A stretch of 64,000 bases of DNA, from the NCBI GenBank assembly GCA_964637135.1, contig CAZWTX010000001.1:62001-126000 (forward strand). Direction: 5' to 3'. Numbering within the stretch: the stretch's first letter is position 1; each line of letters begins with the position of its first letter. Both the position numbers and the translations under genes were made by a program. This document shows positions 9,239-19,070 of this stretch, one piece after another. The notes beneath the pieces are model-generated. The model did no database searches, was not told where the DNA came from, and was given only the letters and a program-made list of their open reading frames with translations. This stretch comes from an uncultured Methanospirillum sp. (GTDB taxonomy: Archaea > Halobacteriota > Methanomicrobia > Methanomicrobiales > Methanospirillaceae).

Positions 9239-10437
9239 TGTACCACCCGGTCAGGAAGGCCGTATAGTGATGCGTGTATTCCTTCGTACATAAGTGCCTC
9301 GCGGATGATCTCTTCCTGGATGGAACTCTGCGGAATGGCCAGAATGACCGGCCTGTTCTGGGCGGAACGGTTCCGTGTCCAGGTGATAAATTCATCCCAG
9401 TTCTCACAGGGTGCCTCCTCGTCCACGACAAGACCGGTGCCACCGTCATTTATTGAATGAATGATGGAGGCATTGTTTCCGAGGGCAATCTGCATCTCTG
9501 CCGGGACACTTCCCAGGTACCCGACATCGATCGCCTCCTGTCCGATCCCGGTCATGATCCCCCCGCCAACCTGCCCGGGGAGGAGATGGACCCGTGCAAT
9601 GGTCCGGTTTTCAACGACCAGATCACACCAGTCAGGACGGAGCTGCTGGCCAGCCTCCGGAACCAGTGCAAATCCGTATGTGCTGTATATAAGCTCATGA
9701 TCAGTTATTGCAAGATAAAACGGGGCATTGTGATCACTTGACGGAAGATATCCGATCTCTATCACCGGACAGTCATCGGAGAGATTCGGCGGTGAACCGG
9801 CAAGCAGTTCATCTGCCCGAAGCGATACCGATCGGTTCATGAACGATTCCGGATCGGTTTCAGTATCCTCAGTGGTGTTGAGACCGGAGATGAAACCGGG
9901 AAGGTCCGATACCCCGGTGAAGTTGATACTCTGGAATGCCAGTTCTTCCACGTCACGGGGATTGAGAGAGAGGCCGGCTGATCGAATCGGTCCTGACCCG
10001 AAGACCCAGGATGCCGTGACGGTGATCGCATGGTCGCGGTCCTCGTTTGTCCTGGCGATACCGGCCTTCGTTATAGCAGAGATCAATGCGGCAATATCCG
10101 GGTACTCTTCGATGAATGCATTTCGCATGACAACGACACAACACGCAGAGGTATTCCATGCTCCCGGCGGGGGCATATCTGCCGGGGAGGCAATCTGCTT
10201 TCCAATCCCACCGAGTTCGGCGGTGGCAACAACCGGTTCCCATATGAGAAACGCATCCACCTGGCTGGTATTGAGCAGTTGCGGCATTATCCCTGCAGAG
10301 GCATAGACCAGAAGTATTTCAGGGGATTCATCCCCTGGAGCTTCACCACTCATCTCTCCCGGGTCCAAAAGACCAGTGAAGAACAGGATAAGAATAAAAC
10401 AGATTCCTGCGCCGCCAATTAGAAGGGAGAGTCTCAT
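9235..10437 (-). CDS. ABC transporter substrate-binding protein (SsuA/TauA-like), apparently circularly permuted
   Basis: N-terminal membrane anchor; DAFLIWEP and CCVVV motifs, then IGYLPSSDH, IDVGYLG and SSIQ motifs; ATGA-coupled to the permease. Confidence 0.85.
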   Translation of the reverse strand: MRLSLLIGGAGICFILILFFTGLLDPGEMSGEAPGDESPEILLVYASAGIMPQLLNTSQVDAFLIWEPVVATAELGGIGKQIASPADMPPPGAWNTSACCVVVMRNAFIEEYPDIAALISAITKAGIARTNEDRDHAITVTASWVFGSGPIRSAGLSLNPRDVEELAFQSINFTGVSDLPGFISGLNTTEDTETDPESFMNRSVSLRADELLAGSPPNLSDDCPVIEIGYLPSSDHNAPFYLAITDHELIYSTYGFALVPEAGQQLRPDWCDLVVENRTIARVHLLPGQVGGGIMTGIGQEAIDVGYLGSVPAEMQIALGNNASIIHSINDGGTGLVVDEEAPCENWDEFITWTRNRSAQNRPVILAIPQSSIQEEIIREALMYEGIHASLYGLPDRVVQ

Positions 10438-10874
10438 AAACTGGGCTCCGGTTCCAGAGATAACATAGAACTTCCTTCCTCATTGATATATCTGCCAGCC
10501 CGGGACGTGATAAACCGATATGGCTCCACCCTGATCAGCATGGTTTTAGTCGGTGGTCAGGATTATCCGGGGTAAAACACCAATTTGGTTATCTGGCGAT
10601 ATGGGGGATCCCGATCCGACCCACCCAAAAAACTGACACTCGATTACAGACTCCACCCGTCTGCAGAATACCCTCATAATCGTTTTTCCGGCTGAATGAC
10701 CCTGCTCGATGACGGTACTGGATGCCGAGAGCTGATCAGTTCCTGATATTATCCCGAATGGGGTATCTTCCCGGACATCCCCCGCGGGAAAAGACTCTCA
10801 ATGAATAGAATGAGTCAAACCGCGAGGTTTTAGGAAGCAGGAGAAATCCCCGTCGCGATGGCATAAAAGCCCGT

Positions 10875-12425
10875 TCATTCGTGGATGAGATCGCTCCTGA
10901 TCGTTTCCGATATGGTGGGATCGAGTTTTCGTGCCCTGCTCATGGTCCTGAAAGCTTCCTGTTTCAGGCCGAGATCTTCGAGAACGAGGGCTTTCTGCAC
11001 GAGATAGCGAACATCTGAGGGCTTTATCCGAAGTGCCTGGTTGAAACAGGAAAGAGCTTCCTGCAGCCGTATCAGCTCGCGGTACAGGATTCCGAGGAAG
11101 AACCAGGCCTCTGAATTTTCCGGGTTGATCCTGATGCCTTCTTTAAAGGACCGGATGGCATCTCCTGTGTGGCCAAGTGAAAGAAACGCTTTCCCGGTTT
11201 TGATATGGGCACGTTCGTCGTTCGGGTGACGGGAGAGGATCTGTTTAAAACTGCTGATGGCCTTCTCATATTCCCCGGCATTATTGAGGAGAATGCCCAT
11301 GTTATACCAGGCACGGCGGTCTTCAGGGTTCTTCTCGGTGGCAAACTGGTAATACTGGAGAAGATCCCCGTACCGTTTCAGTTTTTTGAGCGATAAAAGC
11401 CGGTACGATTGTATGATTGCATTGTCAGGGGTGATACGCAGTGCCCGTTCTAACGGGGGCAGGGCATCCTGGTACTGTTCAAGCCCCATGTAGGCAAGGC
11501 CCATCAGTCCCCACCCGGAACCGGTTCCAGGATCACTCCGGATCATCTCCCGTGCAGAGACGAGTGCATCATCAAACCGACGCATCTTGATGAGGGAAAG
11601 GGTCCTGCAGAAATATCCGGTCCGGTTCTGTGGACAAAGTGAGAGCAGTTTCCGTGACGAGGAGTATGCCTCCGGAAAACGTCCTTCCTTCAGGAGGGCA
11701 CGGGTCTTCATCTCCCACACCAGGGGATTTCTGTCATCAGACTCGAGGAGATGGTTCAGGGAATGAATTGCCGGTTCATACCGGCCGGCCTGGATCATGC
11801 AGTGACTCAGTAAGAAGAGGGCATTGGTATTACCAGGATCAGCCTGGATCACCTGCTCAAGATCATATATTGCAGCCCCATACTGTTTGAGACGTGATTT
11901 GCATAGCCCGCTCATGTATCGCGAACGGAGATGGCCGGGATCCTCTTTCAGGATCTCGTCAAGGATTGATATTGCACCGGTGTAATCCTTCCGGATATAC
12001 CTCCCGTATGCACGGAAAAACCGTGCAACGGTCCTGATGGCATCACCGGATTCAGCGTTCTGAAAACTGGTTTCAGATTCATGAACCTGATCGGTATTCT
12101 GCTCAACAATTCCCTTGTAAAACCAGGCAATCGGATTGTCAGGGTTCTGGTTCAGACTCATGCGAACAAACGGGCGTGCCTTCTCCCATTCGTGTTCCTG
12201 AATGAGCAGTTTAGCGGTATGGAGGGTGAGATCAGCTTCCGGGCAGCAGGGAAAATCGGTATCAGTCGGGCATGGAATCCTGACAGGTTCTTCTGCTGCT
12301 CCCCCGACTTCAGCACCGTCAAGATCCTCCGGATGGATCCGGTCAAATTCAACGGGAGTATGAATAAATTCCTCGGTGATTGGATCTGCCTGGAGGAGTT
12401 CATCATCAGGGGATTCCTGAACCAT
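10875..12425 (-). CDS. Tetratricopeptide repeat protein
   Basis: Many 34-aa TPR units (AWFYKG, AWYNMG, AWFFLG, ..P.N spacing) after an acidic N-terminus. Confidence 0.9.
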   Translation of the reverse strand: MVQESPDDELLQADPITEEFIHTPVEFDRIHPEDLDGAEVGGAAEEPVRIPCPTDTDFPCCPEADLTLHTAKLLIQEHEWEKARPFVRMSLNQNPDNPIAWFYKGIVEQNTDQVHESETSFQNAESGDAIRTVARFFRAYGRYIRKDYTGAISILDEILKEDPGHLRSRYMSGLCKSRLKQYGAAIYDLEQVIQADPGNTNALFLLSHCMIQAGRYEPAIHSLNHLLESDDRNPLVWEMKTRALLKEGRFPEAYSSSRKLLSLCPQNRTGYFCRTLSLIKMRRFDDALVSAREMIRSDPGTGSGWGLMGLAYMGLEQYQDALPPLERALRITPDNAIIQSYRLLSLKKLKRYGDLLQYYQFATEKNPEDRRAWYNMGILLNNAGEYEKAISSFKQILSRHPNDERAHIKTGKAFLSLGHTGDAIRSFKEGIRINPENSEAWFFLGILYRELIRLQEALSCFNQALRIKPSDVRYLVQKALVLEDLGLKQEAFRTMSRARKLDPTISETIRSDLIHE

Positions 12426-12722
12426 TGTGAAGATACATGGTACCAGGAATAGTAAGAACTATTCGCCGATCAAAGAACCATGAAATTCATTTCCTGATGA
12501 TGGCAATCCCGGGGGGACCCGGGTTTCCGAAACAAAATCACACAGCGTATTGTTCTGTGGGCGACCGGTACCGGTGGCATTCATGGCAGGCGGTCCGGGA
12601 GGTACCCCGCCGGAGTCATGATGCTTATCTGACCGAAGATCGCTCACCCACCGGGATACCGGCTGTGGATCGGGAACTATCCCTGCATATTTTTATCCCG
12701 TCAGGAGAAACTATGGATATCC

Positions 12723-14783
12723 ATGGTTTTTTCTCGTTCCCCGCTCTCAATACGTCTTGTCGCAGTAATCCTTTTTATTCTTCTCCTTTTCATGGGGATA
12801 TGCGGATACGGTATCTGGGAGGGTTCTCAGCCGTATCGGGTGGGAGTCCTCCTGCCGGCTTCCGGGGACAGCAACATGGATTTTTATCTCACCCTGCACC
12901 GGACCGTGGATGAACTGAACCGTGAAGGGATCGGCCGGCCGGTAGAACTGTTCTCCTATGACACGAGCATGATACCACTCCGTCAGGCAGCTGACGAACT
13001 CATTGTAAATCCGGATATCAGGGTCGTGATTGGACCCGCAACGAGCGATGAGATCTTTTCCCTGGCCCCGGATTTCATCAGGGCAAAAAAACTGCTTATC
13101 ACCCCGTCTGCGACTGCCGGGGATCTCTCACGGATGTTCGGGAAGTACGGGTATATCTGGCGGACCGCCCAGGGTGACCGGATCCAGACGAGGCTCATCA
13201 TGGATATCCTCTCCGGACAGGGATCCCGGAACGTATCACTCCTCTATGAAAACAGTACGTACGGAACGACATTCTATGAATGGGCCGGCTATTACGCAAT
13301 CGAGACCGGTATCACGATCACCAATCTCGTCCCCTTTACCCCGGGTACAGAATATACCCCGGCGGTGATGGCAGCCTGTGCTGATGACCCGGACTCGGTT
13401 ATCGTCGTTGCCAGGGGTTCCGATGCGGCGGCAATCCTGGAGATCATGGGGAATCTGAACCTCACCCCCCGGCCGTTCTTTACTGATGCTGCCCGGACCG
13501 CAACGTTTCCCGCGTATGCCGGACCGGATGCCGAAGGAATGGAAGGGGTCAGCCCGACGGGGGATCCGACGACCGGATTCCTCGCAGAATACCTCAGGGA
13601 TACCGGTTCGGTTCCGACTGATTATGCCGCCCCGACTCATGACGCCCTCATCCTCGCCGTTTCCACGCTCGCACGGATGGATTATAATCCCGGGGAATCT
13701 CCAGCAACCGCCATCCGTGCCGTTCTCTCAGGCCGGGATCGGATACAAATATGGGATGCAGAGGGAGCTGCTACTGCCATCAGGATGATCCGAAGCGGCC
13801 GGTCTCCGGACCTGATTGGTGCCTCAGGTCCCCTCGATTACCCGTCCGGCGGGATAGTCGATCCGGAAATGACGTGGTATGTACACTGGCGGGTTGAGAA
13901 CGGAACCTTTGTCTCCAGTGAATATATTCCCTGTTCTGCCGTAGAACAGAAACAGGATCAGGTTCTTGAAACCAGGAACCGGATTCGCCCGGAATCTGAT
14001 GAACCTTCCGGGGAAAAATATGCGGTGATCGTTACCACGTCGACAGACTGGGAGAATTACCGCCACCAGGCTGACGCCCTCTGGGTATACCGGCTTCTTA
14101 CCGATCAGGGGATTGAACCTGACCATATCACGCTCATCAGTCAGGAGGATATTCCGGTATCAGGCGATAATCCCCTGCCGGGAAATCTCCACCATACCAT
14201 CGGGGGTGAGAATATTTACCGCCCGGGTATTGCCATCCCCGGGCACCCGGTCAGCGGTTCCATCACCACGGAAAGCCTGGTATCGTTCCTTCTCGGTAAT
14301 GCCACTCCTGATATTCCCTCACCACTGAACACCGATGAAAACAGCACCCTCCTCCTCTACATCATCGGTCATGGGGGACCGGGATACTACGAATTTCCCG
14401 GTGAAGACCTCCCTCGTGAGCAGTTCCAGGAGACCATCCGGAAAATGGCAGAGAAGAACCGGTTTTCACGCATGCTCATCGTCGCCGATACCTGTTTCGG
14501 GGAGAGCATGGGAACCGGCCTTGACATCCCGGGAGTTGTCTACCTGACCGGTTCCGCCGCCGACGAACCTGCGAAAGGGACAGAATACGATGTTTCAATC
14601 CGTCAGTGGTTATCTGATGACTTCACTATGACCCTGACAGACATCATAGAGGAGCAGCCTGACCTGACACTCCGGCAGGTCTACGAGATGACGTCAGATC
14701 GGTTATCCGGGTCGCATGCACGGATCATCGCGGCAGATCCCGGTGATCTCGATATCCCCATCTCACAGTTTTTTTCCGGGTAA
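12723..14783 (+). CDS. Fusion of LivK-like (type 1 periplasmic-binding) domain and C13 legumain-family cysteine peptidase
   Basis: N-terminal TM; RVGVLLP, VIGPATS, LITPSAT and WRTAQGD ligand-binding-domain motifs; C-terminal YAVIV..WENYRHQAD, GHG (His) and DTCFGES (Cys) legumain motifs. Confidence 0.85.
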   Translation: MVFSRSPLSIRLVAVILFILLLFMGICGYGIWEGSQPYRVGVLLPASGDSNMDFYLTLHRTVDELNREGIGRPVELFSYDTSMIPLRQAADELIVNPDIRVVIGPATSDEIFSLAPDFIRAKKLLITPSATAGDLSRMFGKYGYIWRTAQGDRIQTRLIMDILSGQGSRNVSLLYENSTYGTTFYEWAGYYAIETGITITNLVPFTPGTEYTPAVMAACADDPDSVIVVARGSDAAAILEIMGNLNLTPRPFFTDAARTATFPAYAGPDAEGMEGVSPTGDPTTGFLAEYLRDTGSVPTDYAAPTHDALILAVSTLARMDYNPGESPATAIRAVLSGRDRIQIWDAEGAATAIRMIRSGRSPDLIGASGPLDYPSGGIVDPEMTWYVHWRVENGTFVSSEYIPCSAVEQKQDQVLETRNRIRPESDEPSGEKYAVIVTTSTDWENYRHQADALWVYRLLTDQGIEPDHITLISQEDIPVSGDNPLPGNLHHTIGGENIYRPGIAIPGHPVSGSITTESLVSFLLGNATPDIPSPLNTDENSTLLLYIIGHGGPGYYEFPGEDLPREQFQETIRKMAEKNRFSRMLIVADTCFGESMGTGLDIPGVVYLTGSAADEPAKGTEYDVSIRQWLSDDFTMTLTDIIEEQPDLTLRQVYEMTSDRLSGSHARIIAADPGDLDIPISQFFSG

Positions 14784-15084
14784 CCAGACCATCGGTTTAA
14801 ATAGAGATATTCCGGGTTCAGTAGACGATATTATCACCGGTTAATTCCTGATTGATGGAGAGGAAACCGCACCAAAAAGCCCTATATCCGGATATCGCTT
14901 GTCTTTTGAATCGGGTTTTTTTCTGGATCTTCAAGATACCAGAAAATTATATGATGACATGTCCATGGGATGCTCTCTCCCGTACGGTTCGAATAGGAAT
15001 ACCCCATTATCTGTATCGGGGTTGTTCGTTCGGATATTATCCCGATACCGGTTTAAATTTCATAATGAGAAGTGAAAATTCTCG

Positions 15085-15100
15085 TGAAAGGGTTATATAA
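15085..15100 (+). promoter_or_regulatory. Archaeal BRE/TATA promoter of the tetR gene (probably leaderless transcript)
   Basis: Purine-rich GAAAGGG followed by TTATATAA (15093-15100), ending 25 nt before the ATG at 15126; no RBS. Confidence 0.6.
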
Positions 15101-15125
15101 TTTCTTTCATCGAATGATCTACTGA

Positions 15126-15731
15126 ATGCCCAAGGTTGTTCCTGGTTACAAAGATGAGGCAAAACGGAAGATCATCCAGACAGCTGTTGATGTGATATCA
15201 GAACGGGGGTTTGCGATGACTACCATCGATGAGATTGCTCACCGGCTTGGTGTTAGTAAGGGAGCAGTATACTGGTACTTTCCGAATCGTGAAGCATTAA
15301 ACCGGGAAGTCTTCGCCTACATCCAGGATGATTTCAAGCGGATTCATTTCAATAAATATTACAACCAGTCTCTCGGGCAATTTTTACATCATCTCTTTGA
15401 TAGATTTACTCACAATGATTACAAGGTTCGTAATGTCTTCTTTGAGATGGTATCCCTCTCCCAGCGGAGTGCTCTTGAAAAGAATAGCCTAACCGGTTTT
15501 CTTACCGGTTTCGTGCAAAGTATCTCTGAGATAATTGCCGTTGAACAGAAGAATGGAAAGCTGGATGACGATATCGATCCGGAAATTTTTGCATTCCTGC
15601 TTGTCAGTCATTATTTTGGAATTCATCTTCTATCGATGATGTGGCTTCCTCAGGATAAGATGGATGCTATCTGGAAGGAATTTGAATCCCGGTTACTAAC
15701 CCGCAAAGCGGACTCCGATAATCTAGAATAA
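15126..15731 (+). CDS. TetR/AcrR family transcriptional regulator
   Basis: N-terminal HTH: IIQTA...ERGFAMTTIDEIAHRLGVSKGAVYWYFPNRE. Confidence 0.95.
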   Translation: MPKVVPGYKDEAKRKIIQTAVDVISERGFAMTTIDEIAHRLGVSKGAVYWYFPNREALNREVFAYIQDDFKRIHFNKYYNQSLGQFLHHLFDRFTHNDYKVRNVFFEMVSLSQRSALEKNSLTGFLTGFVQSISEIIAVEQKNGKLDDDIDPEIFAFLLVSHYFGIHLLSMMWLPQDKMDAIWKEFESRLLTRKADSDNLE

Positions 15732-15787
15732 TTAATAACACCGGGCAAATCAATTGATATATCCCCATACTGGATTTCTTTTCCATG

Positions 15788-15814
15788 GAAAAGATCCTTC
15801 GGGGCCTTTTTTTT
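15788..15814 (+). terminator. Probable terminator after tetR
   Basis: Imperfect hairpin closed by a C-TTCG-G loop, followed by a T8 run. Confidence 0.5.
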
Positions 15815-16010
15815 AATCAGGATATCTTTTGAGTCTTCCTAGGAAACCAGGATTTGATCACCTTTATACTATATTGAAACATACGATCACGAATGTTATC
15901 TGAACATATTGTATGTAAACAATGTAGACCAGATACCCAAGAACACCCTGGTATTCGGTCAGTAAGCACATCAAGAGAAAAAATGATTCAACAAAATTGC
16001 AGGTGAACAG

Positions 16011-16943
16011 ATGAGAGACCATGAGAAATTAACTGGAGATTCCCAGAATACATCATCTGTCACCAGAAATGGCCCGAGTTCCATGGCAGAGGGAATGGCT
16101 ATGCACCGTGCAGCCGAGTCACAGCTCCCTGAAGATGAACGGATATGTTTTGACCCCTATGCAGTTCATTTTATCAGGCCTGAAATCCTGCAGTTTGCAC
16201 AGGTTCATCCTGAAGAAGCGAAAAGGAACCTTGAAGAAATGGAACGTCTCTTTCCCGGTCTGTCAAATTCAATCCGGGTCAGGGTAAGATACTTCGATGA
16301 TGAGGTCATTGATGCTGTCACTGAAGGATTCAGCCAGGTGGTTATTCTAGGAGCAGGGTATGACACCCGTTCCCTTCGAATCGATGCTTTACAAAACGGG
16401 GTGACAATATTCGAAGTTGATCATCCGGATACCCAGTCTCATAAATGCCGAATCCTGCAAACCGTTCTTGGCACTCTCCCATCGAATACCAGGTACATTT
16501 CTGTTGATGTCACATCCGGTGATCTCTGGAAAAACCTTCAATCCAACGGATATTCGTCGGAGAAAAAAACAATATTCCTGATGGAAGGGTTGAGCATGTA
16601 TCTGGAGCCGGAGGCTGTTGATGCACTCTTCAAAGGAGTTCGGTTTCATTGCATGAAGGGTAGCAAAATTATTTTTGACTTTTTTCCTCAATCTGTCGTT
16701 GATGGTACTCATCCAAATGAAATGGTAAAGAACATGCTTCTTTTAACCATGATGTATGGGGAACCCCTGAAATTCGGGATCCCTGATGAAACGGCAGAAG
16801 AATGGCTTGAAAAATGTGGCTTTTCAAATATCTGCATCATGGACAGCGAGTCAATCAGGAATACATATTTCAAGGGAAAGGCAGCTGATAGGCAGATCTG
16901 TGACATTCTCCTGTTTGCGGAGGTGAGCGTGCGTGAACACTGA
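16011..16943 (+). CDS. SAM-dependent methyltransferase (leucine carboxyl methyltransferase-like family)
   Basis: RAAES, DPYA, RVRYFDD, QVVILGAGYDTR, FEVDHP and EGLSMYL motifs. Confidence 0.92.
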   Translation: MRDHEKLTGDSQNTSSVTRNGPSSMAEGMAMHRAAESQLPEDERICFDPYAVHFIRPEILQFAQVHPEEAKRNLEEMERLFPGLSNSIRVRVRYFDDEVIDAVTEGFSQVVILGAGYDTRSLRIDALQNGVTIFEVDHPDTQSHKCRILQTVLGTLPSNTRYISVDVTSGDLWKNLQSNGYSSEKKTIFLMEGLSMYLEPEAVDALFKGVRFHCMKGSKIIFDFFPQSVVDGTHPNEMVKNMLLLTMMYGEPLKFGIPDETAEEWLEKCGFSNICIMDSESIRNTYFKGKAADRQICDILLFAEVSVREH

Positions 16944-17154
16944 CTCCTACCTGAATGCCGATTACCTTGCCGGACGATCAACCGGGACCTGTTGTTTCAT
17001 CTGCGTGAAACGTGACGGATGCCCGTATGAAAATACAAGAAAATGCAGGCGGGAACCATCCGGGTGCACAGAATGCAATCATTGGAATTCACGTGGTTGC
17101 ATTCTGTTTCAGTTTGACCGAAAATTGCTGAAAACCGATCTCAGGGCACACTGA
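16933..17154 (+). CDS. Small Cys-rich hypothetical protein
   Basis: 73 aa with 8 Cys (CCFIC, GCPY, C, GCTEC, GC); GTG start preceded by GGAGGTGA and overlapping the methyltransferase end. Confidence 0.55.
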   Translation: MNTDSYLNADYLAGRSTGTCCFICVKRDGCPYENTRKCRREPSGCTECNHWNSRGCILFQFDRKLLKTDLRAH

Positions 17155-17523
17155 CCGATAATCCTCTCTGATCCTGATATTCCTTTTTGGAAGGATGCCC
17201 CAAAAATTCATGAAATTTCAGAGGTATTTCGATCAGAGAACTCTTATCGCAGGTCAACGGTCATGACAATCTGATCCATTGGTTCCCGCATAAACCCCTT
17301 TCGTAAAAAAGCAATAATCCTGCCTTCAGGATTCTCTTTCGGTTCTCATCATTTCTTCTCTTTTTTGGTATGATCGCTCATAATCAATGACCATTGGTGA
17401 TAATGACAGGAAGTCATGATATACCGTCGTATTAATGATCCCGCCTGATGGTATGGGAGATCGTTTCCAGTGATCGTACGGGCGGATTCGGATAGAAAAA
17501 AATGAAGGATCCTGCAGATTTTT

Positions 17524-17919
17524 TCAGGATATCCGCGGTTTCTTCCGGTACGCAAGACCCTGGAACAGGGCAATCTTCTCCCGGTCCTGGTTAAAGATCT
17601 CGACCACGTACGAGCCAAGTTTCGGATTCTTGGAAAACTCGGTGGCCTCTGCAATCAGATCTCCGCCGGTTGCTGCTTTCATATACGTAATGGAGGTATT
17701 AATCGCAACGGACGGAATACCGTCACTGTTACTCGCGATGGCAAATGCAACATCGGCAAGCGAGAAGATGACCCCCCCGTGTACCGTTCCGTGACTGTTG
17801 AGATGTTTCTCCGTAATGGAAAGTTTCAGGGTGGCGGTCCCTGGAGATGCGGATACGAGGGTAATTCCGAGCTCCCGGGAGAATGAATCGGATGCAAGGA
17901 ATGAAGAAGCAACATCCAT
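17524..17919 (-). CDS. paaI: PaaI-family hotdog thioesterase
   Basis: DSFSRELGI and HLNSHGTVHGGVIFSLADVAFAIASNS motifs; start chosen at ATG 17919. Confidence 0.88.
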   Translation of the reverse strand: MDVASSFLASDSFSRELGITLVSASPGTATLKLSITEKHLNSHGTVHGGVIFSLADVAFAIASNSDGIPSVAINTSITYMKAATGGDLIAEATEFSKNPKLGSYVVEIFNQDREKIALFQGLAYRKKPRIS

Positions 17920-18054
17920 ACTACCGGTATGATCTCCAGAGGTATCGAGGTATTCTTTTTTCATCAGACCGGGCGCCTGATGGATAGCCGGTGAAAGAAG
18001 CAACTACTTGAAGGACCGGGCGAAAAAAGTACCATTCTCTCTGGTTGGTCGCGA

Positions 18055-18867
18055 ATGAATATTCTTCGATATATATCAATAATTCTGCTCATTGCCTCCG
18101 TTCCCATTGCCGGTGTGCATGCGGACCGGCTCCCGAACGCCACCATGGAAAACCAGGTGATCTCCATCTCCACGATCATCGATGTCATTGGAATGGTTGA
18201 TACAGATACCTGGATGAGCTGGGATCTCTCCTCTGATCATCTCCATAACGGCGTGGTAAACCCGGGAGAATCAGCAGGTTCGCTGGTGTACACCGATTCG
18301 ATGATGACAAACGGCGGTCATCTGATGCTGAACAGTAATTTCGATTTCTCTTCAGGCAACAAGGCGGACGGCCTGAACAACCTGGACCGGGAGAAGGTAT
18401 ACACGTACGAGAGCATCGACGGCAGCCATCTCGTGGCAGACGAGGCCCTGACCATACAGACCACCGGGAATTATACCAATACAGGCGATTATCTCCGGTG
18501 TGTATTCTCCAGTTCCTCCTCATCAGTGATACCTGCCTTCTGTAACACGGTCACTGCGAAGAGTTCACTCGTGAATATCAACAGTGCCCAGGTATCCACC
18601 TCAGCGAAAGCACGCATGGTCAGCGATTCCGCTGCACCCGCCGGGCTTTCATACCAGATAGCAGTCACACCGGCATCAGATCATGAATTCGCAATCGGAA
18701 GTGTGAGCACTGCGTTCTCCGGACATGTCCTGGAGGCACGTGATGCCGGTGCAGGAACCTGGAACCAGACCGCTGCAGATAACACCTTTAAGGACGAGAC
18801 TGAGGTAACAGGAAGTATCCGCCAGTTCTCAAAGACCTTTGAGTACGGATCCGGGTTCAGGCTCTGA
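18055..18867 (+). CDS. Secreted beta-rich protein resembling the Methanospirillum sheath-protein (MspA) family
   Basis: Signal peptide ending in HA-D, Ser/Thr-rich body, GNK, C.F...IPAFCN Cys pair, EAR and a terminal F.K.F.Y.SG. Family resemblance is from memory of the sheath protein sequence. Confidence 0.6.
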   Translation: MNILRYISIILLIASVPIAGVHADRLPNATMENQVISISTIIDVIGMVDTDTWMSWDLSSDHLHNGVVNPGESAGSLVYTDSMMTNGGHLMLNSNFDFSSGNKADGLNNLDREKVYTYESIDGSHLVADEALTIQTTGNYTNTGDYLRCVFSSSSSSVIPAFCNTVTAKSSLVNINSAQVSTSAKARMVSDSAAPAGLSYQIAVTPASDHEFAIGSVSTAFSGHVLEARDAGAGTWNQTAADNTFKDETEVTGSIRQFSKTFEYGSGFRL

Positions 18868-19070
18868 TCCCTCATTATCATCCCGTTCTTCCCGTTTTTC
18901 TCAGGAAAGAAGGATCTCAGGCTACCGGATGAGGCCTGCAGCCGGTTCTCACTGCTCCTCTTCCGGGGATATCTGTCCGGATATTCCGGTTCATTGGTAT
19001 CATCAGACATTCATTCGGACATTTCTCCGGTATCATCCGATAGTTCCATGCAGACGAAGAATCGCTGTTT

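Noticed and set aside
8451..9449. 332-aa minus-strand ORF
   Set aside because: It is an alternative frame over the ABC permease with a non-protein-like composition.
10690..10740. Possible C/D box sRNA (GATGA...CTGA)
   Set aside because: Box C is imperfect, no internal C'/D' pair is clear and no guide target could be identified.
15956..17158. 9-bp inverted repeats (TCGGTCAGT / ACTGACCGA) flanking the methyltransferase as transposon ends
   Set aside because: They are too short, and there is no transposase or target-site duplication.
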